Source of the DNA: Lytechinus pictus
Taxonomy: Eukaryota
Length of the DNA: 64,000 nucleotides
Direction: 5' to 3'
Assembly: GCF_037042905.1 (NCBI RefSeq)
Contig: NC_087245.1
Location: 5,768,001 to 5,832,000 of the forward strand
The notes under the pieces were generated by a model. It had not been told where the DNA came from and searched no databases. It was given only the letters and a program-made list of their open reading frames with translations. Positions within the stretch are counted from its first letter, which is position 1; each line of letters begins with the position of its first letter. This document shows, in pieces, positions 37,190 to 46,696 of this stretch. Position numbers and translations under genes: made by a program.

Positions 37190-40104
37190 GAAGAATTTAG
37201 TTGCAAAAGGGGTTAGGTCCACTTTGGACCATTCAGAGAAAAACAATGCTTTTTATTCTCACTTATTGCAATATTCTTATGCGAAACTGAATTTCCATGA
37301 TACCCTACCATGAGAACATAAAATTGGGTATAAAAGAAATCTACCTGTCTTCATATTTTTAAAGATATTATTTTCCTAAAAGAAATCTATGTGGACCTAA
37401 CCCCTTTTGCAACTAAACTGAAATGGACCTAGCCCCTATTTAAAAAAAAATGTGATTTTTCTTTGCCATTTTAGTTCACTGTTTAATAGGAATTTCAACT
37501 TTTCTTTGGTATCATCTTATAGAGCTACTAAAAATCTATACATTGAGACATAAAAATCAAATTTGATTAAAACAATGGACTTAACCCCTTTTGCAAGTGA
37601 GCTCTTCATATATATAAAATATATATATTGCACATTTTAGGAGAAGTTAGCATTGCATATTTTACTGAGCCTGCTAATCATTATAAACGAATGTAATCTT
37701 TGACATTGCTATCGTCTATAATTTATAAATAATATCTTTGTATCCTTACCCGGTATCCTTATAAATAACCATGGCTTCATAATATTACGATCGTATTTGT
37801 CAGTTGAGAGTAAATTAGTGGTAAGCAATATGTTCTAAATGTAATCGAAAAGTATACATACTGGGTGGTAAAGCAGTCTCGTTGTATATGATGTGCCAGA
37901 AGTCTGAGACGGCAGACACATTTGTGAAATAACTAACTTCGCCGCATTTGGGACCAGATGAAACGAGACCTATTAGGTGCCATGATTCTGATAAAGTATC
38001 TTCACAAACTAATGGACTTCCACTGTCGCCCTGAAGGTAAACAAGGAAAAGCAAAAACAAAAAAAATTTAAAAAAAGTAGAAAAGAATAGTGAGAAAGGG
38101 AAGCAGATGTAGTAATTGCTCCTATGTTCATGACACTGGCGGATCAAGGTGCCCCCCCATTAAATGAACCATGATTACATGTTTTTTTTAGTGGAAAACG
38201 TTATTCCTGACACAGTCCCCCCTTTTTTAACGTCCTGGACCCGCCCCTGATTCATAATGTTGAATTTTTGGTTAGGTTTGCAACTGAATCTGTAAAAGGT
38301 CTCGTAGAGAATGAGACATCTTCTACATTTTGCTTTCGGCAAACTGAGAAACCAAGTTTCATTTCCAAACACCCATATCTTGTACTGTTACTCTGTGGTA
38401 GTTATTATGTTGATACTAAAGGGATAACGTAATTGCGAGCGACTTACGCGAGGAAACCGGCAAAACTTTGAATATTATATAAATTATGTATAATTCAAAT
38501 TTGTTTGGTAGTTTGACACGGCCCTTTGTTGACCTATTGTAAATCAAAAGAGTGTCGAGTCTTCCGATAAACTAACGAACATAATAAAATCGGCCCATCT
38601 TTCAGAAAATTTTGATGCAAATACGGTGTTGAAAATATCCTTAACCAAAATAAATTCTCCTCTTCTGAGAAAATATACATACAACATTATACATCTCTGA
38701 ACCAGGAGGGGTTTTGAAGCTCTTATTATAGCCTGTGCATGTGGATAATTTAATAAGCCACTCTTTGAGTGGAAATTGAGGGCAAACTCTATTCCAAATG
38801 CAGGTTAATTGTTATTCTTCACCATCCATCACAACACACATTCTCCGCACTTGTGCCTTTTTTCTAATATGTTCATGGTTGGACGAACACATTTAAAAAA
38901 ATAAAGCAAGGAATTATAACATAAGATTTCTATGGTTTAAATGCATTTTTATTTATTAACGATTTCTCAATATCTGTTGACTGAAATGTAAAAAATCAGT
39001 GGCGGATCTAGGATTTAAAATGGGGGGGGGGGGGGGAGAGGCTCCAAGATATTGGACGGGGCATTAACATGTACATAAGTATTTTTATTTTATTTTAAAG
39101 TGGGCGCTCGTTTAAACCCATACGACGATACGCCACTGGAACTTGTAACCCTGTAACTGTACACAGTTCTTTGAGTCACTCTTGTGACTCTTAAAAATTG
39201 TCAATTTGATTTGATCTCTGATCGCTCATGCATTAATCATTACACCTCACTTTTCTCACGGAGATTGGTCATGGGTGTTAAAAAAAACCTGCGACATTAT
39301 ACATCTGAAAATTATTCCGTTCAAAAGTGAGAGCATTTGATGAAGGAGGCATTCATTTTGTTGATTAGAGACGACTTTAATAGAAGAAACAGAAAATTCC
39401 CACTCCTTTTCCACTTTTGTGGTGAAGAAGGTGACTTCGATCCTCTACCCTCCACATAAACAAAACAATAAGCCATTTCTTTACATTTTGCAGTACAAAG
39501 CAAACGTGCTGTTGGAATTTAATTAAATCAACAAAAATGGGATTTGGGAAGCATCTATGAAATTGTTTTTACTCATCTATTTTATTATCATTACTGTTAT
39601 ATTATCATCGTTACTATCGTCATCATCATCATCATGAACATCACCATCATCATCATCATCATCATCATGAACATCACCATCATCATCATCATCATCATCA
39701 TGAACATCACCATTTCATTATACCTTACCCGACATGGTACGCTAATGTGTGCCAAGAGTTGTCTATTATCCTCATAACCTGCGCAAAGCCGTTGTGGTGT
39801 TATTTGTAGCTCTTGTTTTCTGCTGATTCTTGAGGCCCACTCAAAGCATTCTTTGGGTTTAATCAGGGGGATCTCAGCATAAACTAATTCAGTATTTTCG
39901 TCAAAAGGAAATTCTGTCAAAGAAAGCAAAATAAAGAATCACTTCAACAAAATAGTCGGTCAGATTCTTCTTTCAGTGAAACAACATCGGGTATTGGGTA
40001 TATGCATTCATTTATTTTCCACAAGATAGTTCCTTATGTTCATAATATTATTAATGAATCCATGCGTGTATATGTCCATATGTGTATAATATGAAGGTGC
40101 ATGT

Positions 40105-40135
<31 letters not shown>

Positions 40136-43100
40136 CATGTCTGCATATCTCGCATCAATGGCATAATCTCCCATAGTAGTTCGAGTGTTGTATTAGAATC
40201 TGATTTAAGACGTCATATTCATCCATCGACATCTGTAATGGGATGCAAGTTCATGTTCGTCTTTGATATTAACGTCACTTGTTACTTTGTAAAATTACAC
40301 TTGTCATTAGTGTCAGTAGTGAGATATGAGTGCATTCATCCCTGGTGCTGATGTCAGGAGGGGGTATTACTTTATTTCATTTGGTAACGATGTCATGAGT
40401 AGAATACAACCCCATGCTATATCTGGTACTGATATTAGGTGCAGCATACAAACTCATTCCGTTTCTGGTACTAATGTCAGCAATGGGATACAACCTCATT
40501 CTGTCTGGTACAGATGTCAGGAGTGGGATAAAACCTCATTCGGTCTCCGGTTCTGATATCAGCAGTGGATACAACCTCATTCAGTATCTGGTAGGCCTAC
40601 TGATGTCATCAGTGGAATACATTCAGTCCATGGTACTGATGTTATTAGTGGGAAACAACCTCATTCAGTATCTGGTACTGATGTCAGCAGTGGGATACAA
40701 CCTCATTCAGCCCATTGTACTGATGTTAGCGGTGAGATACAACCTCATTCAGTTTCTGGTACTGATGTCATCAGTGGAATACAACCCCATTCAGTCCATG
40801 GTACTGATGTCATCAGTGGAATAAAACCTTATTCAGTCTCTAATACTGATGTTATTAGTGGGATACAACCTCATTCAGTATCTGGTACTGATGTTATTAG
40901 TGGAATACAACCTCATTTAGTCTCTGGTACTTATGTTATTAGTGGAATAAAACCTTATTCAGTCTCTAATACTGATGTTATTAGTGGGATACAACCTCAT
41001 TCAGTATCTGGTACTGATGTCATCGGTGGAATACAACCTCATTCAGTCTCTGGTTCTGTTGTCATCGGTGGAATACAACCTTATTCAGTCTCTAATACTG
41101 ATGTTATTAGTGGGATACAACCTCATTCAGTATCTGGTACTGATGTTATTAGTGGGATACAACCTCATTCAGTCTCTGGTACTGATGTTATTAGTGGGAT
41201 ACAACCTCATTCAGTCTCTTATACTGATGTTATTAGTGGGATACAACCTCATTCAGTCTCTTATACTGATGTTATTAGTGGGATACAACCTCATTCAGTC
41301 TCTGGTTCTGTTGTCATCATTGGAATACAACCTCATTCAGTATCTGGTACTGATGTCATCGGTGGAATACAACCTCATTCAGTCTCTGGTTCTGATGTTA
41401 TTAGTGGGATACAACCTCATTCAGTCTCTGGTACTGATGTCAGCAATGGCATACAACCTCATTCCAGCAGAAGCCAAGGGGATAAACATCAACACTCTTG
41501 TATTGAAATCAACATGGGATACGTCTAACTTCATCTTGGATATTGATGTCAGAAGAAAGATAATATCATGTCCTTATTCCAATATTGATGTTAGCAGCGG
41601 GATATGATTCCATTACATTGACAATAGACCGACTTCTGAATTCTGATATTATTTTCATTAAAAAATATGAATGATTATTTGCGAGGTGTGATACCATGCC
41701 GTTTACGATTTACAGAATGACATGGATAGAAACTTCTTTTATTGATAACCTTAGATGATTTTTTGTGATACAAAATAGATATATTGATGTCAAATGTTCT
41801 ATGAAAGTTCATTTCATCAATAATTCGATATAATCTTGTCACCCTGATACATATAACACTTACCTCTTCGAGCGGTAAAGCCCCAACCTGCGACTATGCA
41901 CTTTTTCCCCGGATCATACAAGTCTGAATTTATAAGAGATTCCAAACAAATAGTCCTCACATGATCAGTTATTTCAAACGGCCTGTCAAGCTTTAACAAT
42001 ATCATATCGTAGTTGAATAGCACTGATTCTTTTGAATACCCTGGATGAACAATGAATCTAATAACAGATCGCTCCTGGGTTCCTTCGTCGTAGGTTTCCC
42101 GATGAATCGAACCTGCAACTACCGTGATGTCAGCAGCTTGTGCTCTCCGTGATTTGTCAAAGAGAGTCCTGAAAAAATATGAAAGAATATATACTTTTCA
42201 ACCTTTTTTTACCTCTAACCTTAAAAAAGGGGGACAATATTAGATCGAAATAAATACAAAACAATTAAAAGTGACTAGAAACTGCGTGCAGAGCTAAAGT
42301 TGAGTAAAATGGCAATTTAAATGGCGAGTCTCTCTTATCTAACCTTGATATGAACTTAGCGTATACGATAGTAGGAACTTATCGAAGGATGATGGTGAAT
42401 GCAATGGGATCATTTTACGATTGATTTCCATGAATGGACGTTATTTCAGAAGGAGACTTGCTATTTCTTATACACTCTGATTTCGAGGCACAGTTAGTCT
42501 AAACATTGAGCAGGTCAATGACAAAGTGAAATACAATCTTATGCGAATAACGCAACATATATATCATCCACTTGTTATTTCATAACCTTACTTACACACA
42601 ATGTGCAGCTGTGAATACCCACTGAGGATCAACAATAACACCGCCACACACATATCCGTCGTTTTCCCGGATGAAAACTTGCCACGGCCATTGGCCTATC
42701 TCTGAGGCCCGCCCATGTACCACACGTCTGTGCCTCGTAGTAAAGCCAGGCCGAGTCCCACAATTCAACTGGTTAGGTAGGGTGGTCGAAGGTGGGACGT
42801 GACTGCTGTGATCTGGTGTAGACACTGGAGATGAGGAGGATAAAGATGAAGAGTCTGAGTCTGTTTCGAAACCTGAATGGGATAGTTGCAGAGGAAAATG
42901 GTCAAGATGGCATCATTATTTCACAACATTTCTCTCGCACTAAAATCATTTTCCTTACGCAGTTTTTCTTTAACCCTACCGGGACAAATTTGTTCAAGAG
43001 CATTATTATTGTAAGGAAGGTGACCAAACTATCGAACTTCATCGGACGTCGTGTTTTGTTGTTTAGAGTATACTTAAGATGAAATAGAAAGATGATTTGC

Positions 43101-44069
43101 ATACAAATTACGTACAATGGTTTTTGTTTTGTTTTTGGTTCTTTTTTTATGGGGGGGGGGGTATACAAAAGGAAGGATGCGGGTACCTGAGCCCTGGTAC
43201 GTACTGCAATACCTTAAAAAGGCAGGTATCATATATTCTCGACGTACGTGCCAGTTCATAGCGATTATTATACCACCGTGATTCATGTACATGTATGTGT
43301 TCGACTTGGTCCCGCCAATTAGGAAAAAAAACTGTTGTCATTCATCTTGACATTTAACGCTCTGTTGTGTGTGATCTTTTATCGACATTAAACGACAAAA
43401 ATATCAAATGTGATTTTTTTTTTATAGGGTTTCAACTTTTTCTAACAGGAATACGAATTATTGAGAATTATGTCTAGTTAAGAGATATAAGCTATGTAAG
43501 GAAGCGCTGTTTTTAAGACGTCCTATTTTATGACATACAAAGTGGTGAACCAATTAAACAGTCTGCTGCCTTTCCCAAACTGACACAACCCACGCCACCC
43601 TGGCGGTCGAAATTGTGTATTGGAACGTGGTCTAAAACTACAGGGCGGAGTACAGAATGTATTTTGGATGCCTTTTTAATTGGACATGATACGTCTCTCA
43701 TTGACCCTGGATATTTTGAGGAGACCATTTCTACATTCAATTATCCCCATTTGATATAGAAACGTTATATACCTTACTAAAGATGGATTTGCCTTAATAG
43801 GAATCTGGTTAGAGATTTGACTTACCAGGATGGTAAACACCTGCGATCAAGCCCACAATCAGCAAGACGACAACTACAAAGAAAATGGCGGCCATAACCA
43901 TGTATTTGTTCTTCTTGAACCTGCGTTGCCTGAATACGACAACGTGACGTTTTGCGATGCCATTGACGCCATTGGGAACCACTTGATCATGAACAAGATA
44001 GGCACCGTCGACGGTTTGAGAGTCGACAGTTGAGGATGGTCGGTGGTAGTTAACTGTCAAGTTTATCAT
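27120..44069 (-). CDS. Type II transmembrane S1 serine protease with C-terminal LDLa repeats; complement(join(27120..27228,27602..27725,29121..29204,30215..30319,30697..30807,32076..32177,32596..32703,33586..33684,37862..38030,39729..39913,41864..42168,42596..42872,43826..44069)), about 673 aa
   Basis: [26 protein letters not shown] follows basic RQRRFKKNK. Protease motifs: CG...[58 protein letters not shown]. Phase-1 LDLa exons follow. All junctions are GT-AG and in frame. The last two exons are less certain. Confidence 0.85.
27602..27725 (-). CDS. Cys-containing penultimate exon ([40 protein letters not shown])
   Basis: TTTCAG acceptor, GTAAGT donor, phase 1-2, open frame. Confidence 0.65.
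27937..28312 (+). mobile_element. tRNA-derived SINE (tRNA-Arg-like head; resembles sea urchin SURF-type SINEs)
   Basis: TGGTAAAG A-box remnant, TTTCGAA anticodon-like loop, GGTTCAAGTCC B-box; body shared with the copy at 34892-35260; (TAC)n tail. Confidence 0.75.
29121..29204 (-). CDS. Degenerate LDLa-like module 6, N-terminal part ([27 protein letters not shown])
   Basis: CAG acceptor, GTAAG donor, 84 nt, phase 1-1. Confidence 0.75.
30215..30319 (-). CDS. LDLa module 5 (6-Cys; [34 protein letters not shown])
   Basis: Phase 1-1 exon, canonical LDLa. Confidence 0.9.
30697..30807 (-). CDS. LDLa module 4 (4-Cys; [30 protein letters not shown])
   Basis: Phase 1-1 exon. Confidence 0.88.
31110..31220. 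repeat. Imperfect (TA)n microsatellite
   Basis: Seen directly; other (TA)n tracts at 25712-25763 and 37138-37183. Confidence 0.9.
31506..31975. repeat. Partial copy of the element at 36102-37137
   Basis: Near-collinear with 36150-36650 (TAAAATGTGGTAG...CTTGACC-CAGTAGCT). Confidence 0.8.
32076..32177 (-). CDS. LDLa module 3 (4-Cys; [32 protein letters not shown])
   Basis: Phase 1-1 exon, TAG acceptor, GTGAG donor. Confidence 0.85.
32596..32703 (-). CDS. LDLa module 2 (6-Cys; [35 protein letters not shown])
   Basis: Phase 1-1 exon, canonical LDLa. Confidence 0.9.
33586..33684 (-). CDS. LDLa module 1 (4-Cys; [31 protein letters not shown])
   Basis: Phase 1-1 exon with W-x-CDG-x-x-DC-x-D-x-SDE motif. 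Confidence 0.88.
33955..35260 (+). mobile_element. Second SINE copy, split by the insertion at 33983-34891
   Basis: Head GTTGGCTCAGTCGGTAAAGCGT (33961-33982) resumes at 34892 as GTAAAGCGTCTGC...GGTTCGAGTT, continues to GGTGACGCCAAACAAA and ends in a (TAA)n tail. Confidence 0.75.
33983..34891 (+). mobile_element. Non-autonomous AcademH-like DNA transposon with a RecQ-type helicase fragment (34220..34492)
   Basis: TAG...CTA termini; about 110-bp imperfect TIRs; 9-bp TSD GTAAAGCGT at 33974-33982 and 34892-34900; internal [31 protein letters not shown] resembles RecQ Q-motif/motif I. Confidence 0.8.
35332..36094. mobile_element. TA-flanked foldback MITE (Tc1/mariner-like)
   Basis: TA-CCGTGCGTATAAAAAAACGGGACAGTTT ... 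AAACTGTCCCGTTTTTTATACGCACTG-TA with about 200-bp inverted arms. Confidence 0.8.
36102..37137. mobile_element. TA-flanked foldback MITE (Tc1/mariner-like), a second family
   Basis: TA-CAGCGCGTCCCAAAA...ATGTCCC / GGGACATTCTTTTGGGTCGCGCTG-TA; arm 36150-36350 mirrors 36880-37075; followed by (TA)n. Confidence 0.75.
37190..37607. mobile_element. TIR MITE with ATAT flanks (possibly Sola-like)
   Basis: GAAGAATTTAGTTGCAAAAGGGGTTAGGTCCA / TGGACTTAACCCCTTTTGCAAGTGAGCTCTTC; an internal TIR copy lies near 37393. Confidence 0.65.
37862..38030 (-). CDS. Protease exon 5: catalytic Ser (GDSGSPLVC); no stop, ends at a phase-1 donor
   Basis: CAG acceptor before GGCGACAGTGGA; GTATGT donor at 37861. Confidence 0.88.
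38997..39138. mobile_element. Small hAT-like MITE
   Basis: CAGTGGCGGATC ... GATACGCCACTG ends with an internal G-run. Confidence 0.5.
39600..39715. repeat. (CAT)n microsatellite with a repeated CATGAACATCAC superunit
   Basis: Seen directly, just after the donor of protease exon 4. Confidence 0.85.
39729..39913 (-). CDS. Protease exon 4 (LVYAEIPLI...ECFEW...LCAGY...SVPCR)
   Basis: CAG acceptor, GTAAG donor, 185 nt, phase 1-0. Confidence 0.88.
40330..41465. repeat. 42-bp minisatellite, about 27 copies, in protease intron 3
   Basis: Consensus GTTATTAGTGGGATACAACCTCATTCAGTATCTGGTACTGAT; produces 14-aa periodic ORFs. Confidence 0.92.
41864..42168 (-). CDS. Protease exon 3: catalytic Asp (NYDMILLKL) through AGWG
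   Basis: TTTTTCAG acceptor, GTAAG donor, 305 nt, phase 2-1. Confidence 0.9.
42596..42872 (-). CDS. Protease exon 2: Ser/Pro/Thr stalk, activation site RHRR/VVHG, catalytic His (TAAHC)
   Basis: CAG acceptor, GTAAG donor, 277 nt, phase 1-2. Confidence 0.9.
43826..44069 (-). CDS. Protease exon 1: cytoplasmic tail and signal-anchor TM helix (the exon extends 5' to an acceptor at 44163)
   Basis: AAGATG start; basic cluster followed by about 22 hydrophobic residues; GTAAG donor, phase 1. Confidence 0.8.
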
Positions 44070-44889
44070 CTTGTTTAGCTGATATGAGCGCCTCGGAAGA
44101 TGAATTCGTCAACACGATCTCCTTTCCTCCCTCCTTTTTGTCTTGGCTGCCAGACAGCACAACCTGTGAAAGGGATTAGCAATTGAAGTTATTTATTAGG
44201 GTTTTTGAATTACTCTCAGATATTTTAAAGAACCAACCTCATTATGACACAAAGTGAAGTAAATTGCAAGAAAATGTGCAGATAATGATTACAAAATATG
44301 TACATCGTGGAATGGCCGTATGCTGGCGTACTTATCAACATTAACTGAAAAATAATCCATGTTACCAAGATCCTAAAACCATAACAAGAACAAGAGCATC
44401 TGATTGCAGTTTGAAAATAACTGAATTATTTCAAACTGTCTATGATTCACTGTTGACGAGCAATTGCATTCACAAGAAATGTCTATTTTCATTAATCTAT
44501 CAAAGTCTATTAGGTCATGTAGGTTATACAAACTAAGTAAGAATGGTAGATTCTGACTTTTGGAAGAGGTTAATCCTTTGAAATGAATCCATTCTTAATG
44601 AGCTCATCAAAAATGCGGATCGCATTAAATCTAATCTAGGGAATATTCGTCATCACGCAGACGGGCGACGTGGCTATAAAGACTTTTTAGAAAGAAATAT
44701 TTTAATACACACTATAATACCTTAATGAAGTTAATATAGAGTGTGTAGTAACTATTCTGGAGAGTAAGTCCTTAGTTTCCGCCATAAACATGTGTGTGAC
44801 GGTGTGTGTGGATGTGTGTTGTGATGATTGGGTGTTTACATTGATATATGGAAGGGTCTGTTCCGGGTGTGTTGGTTGGTTGGTTTTTT

Positions 44890-45605
44890 GTCTCACCTGC
44901 ATAGCAGAGTGAGACTATAGGCGCCGCTTTTCAGACGGCGGCGTCAACACCAAATCTTAACCGAAGGTTAAGTTTTTGAAATGACATCATAACTTAGAAA
45001 GTATATAGACCTAGCTCATGGAACTTGAATATAAGATTAATAAAGTATTATTGAACATCCTGCCGGAGTTTAAAGTCACATGACCAAGGTCAAAGTTCAT
45101 TTAGGGTCAATGAACTTTGGCCAAGTTGGGGGTTTCTGTTGAATTACCATCATAACTTTTAACGTTTATGGATCTGATTCATGAAACTTGGACATAAGAG
45201 TAACCAAGTATCACTGAACATCCTGTGCGAGTTTCAGGTCACAGGATCAAGGTCAAAGGTCATTTAAGTTCAATGAACTTTGGCCATGGTCAGGGTTATT
45301 TGTTAGATTAACATCCAAACTTTGAAAGTTTATTGGTCTAGTTAAAAGAACTTTGACATATGAGTAATAAAGTATCACTGAACATCCTGTACGAGTTTCA
45401 GGTCACATGACCAAGGTCAAAGGTCAATGTACTTTGGCCATGTTGAGGTTAGTTATTGGATTGCTGTCATAGCTTTCAAAGTTTATAGATATAGTTTATA
45501 AAATGTGAATATAGGGGTAATCCAGTATCACTGACAATTCTTAGGTCGCATGATCAAGGTCAAATGTCATTTATTGTCAATGAACATAGTATTTTATCAT
45601 TATAC
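44890..45605 (+). mobile_element. Helentron-like element copy, 3'-truncated, with about four 164-bp tandem units
   Basis: GTCTCACCTGCATAGCAGAGTGAGAC head; units start near 45081, 45244, 45408 and 45551. Confidence 0.75.
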
Positions 45606-46518
45606 GTTCTCTTTTCGCATCCTCTTATAGATTGAGTTTCCCGTTTAACACGAAGTAAGAAATAGTGGTGGGAATATACATTTCCCCCTCGAACTGAACT
45701 ACTTCTCTTTCCGTATATTTCATATAGCATTTCATGCAGTAAATCCATAGGGATTACGATCATAAATCAAACGAAGTTATCATTAGATGCATAAAAAAAG
45801 CGATTTACTTGGATTTTTTAACTGTCAGCCGTAAAGACAAAACGATTTATTTCTAAAGACAAATAGTCATCATGTTCGCACAGGACGGAAACCGTACCTG
45901 TAACCAAGGATACGGTTGTAACAAAAGTAAAAAGGATTTCAGGAATAATAATATCAAAAGAATAATACGTTAGACGAATGGATCCTTGAAATATTCTTGC
46001 CTACACTCTTTGTTGAGAAAATGATTGTAGCAAGATATGATTGTTAAACTTTTAAAGCAAACAAGCAAGTAAGGTTAACGGATAATAATTCTTATAGACA
46101 CAAAACATTTGATAGTGGGTAAAGGCAATTATCACTTCTGTCGCAAAAATAGTGCTTATTTTCTCTGACCAAATTCCTTCATTATACAAAATGCAATATG
46201 ATAAGTGATGCAGAAATTACTCTGACCCCAAATTTGATGAAAGATCAAAGCTGCAGTGCTTTGCAAAAGATTGGAATATTTCACCCTGCTCCCACGTCCT
46301 ACTTCCCGCCCTCTATACGTGGTTTCCATTTTCCACTCGGTGCCATAAACCACGGTAAGCCGATTGCTCGAATAGAATATTTGATGATCAAATTTTTGCT
46401 CTATTGACGAATTCGATAACGACAAACTGAATGTGCACTCGCTGTTAATCATCACATTTTGCTCAGTTGCACGAAGACTGGATTTGATAATATCCTTTAA
46501 TAAAACAACTTCGAAATC

Positions 46519-46696
46519 CTGGGGGCCGTTTCATAAAGCTGTTCGTAAGTTAAGAGCGACTTTAAGAACGACTAGTGAACCTTTCTTACGCGCTTAAAAC
46601 CATCGCCAAAGAATATACCATTTATGACAAGAAATGATCACCAGTCGTTCTTAAAGTAGCTCTTAACTTACGAACAGCTTTATGAAACATCCACCA
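46519..46696. mobile_element. Palindromic MITE
   Basis: GTTTCATAAAGCTGTTCGTAAGTTAAGAGCGACTTTAAGAACGACT ... AGTCGTTCTTAAAGTAGCTCTTAACTTACGAACAGCTTTATGAAAC; a fragment lies near 16440-16480. Confidence 0.8.

Noticed and set aside
40330..41465. CRISPR-like array or repeat protein (ORFs 40414..40824 and 40975..41607)
   Set aside because: Units are head-to-tail with no unique spacers and no cas genes nearby, in a eukaryotic intron. The ORFs arise because 42 is divisible by 3.
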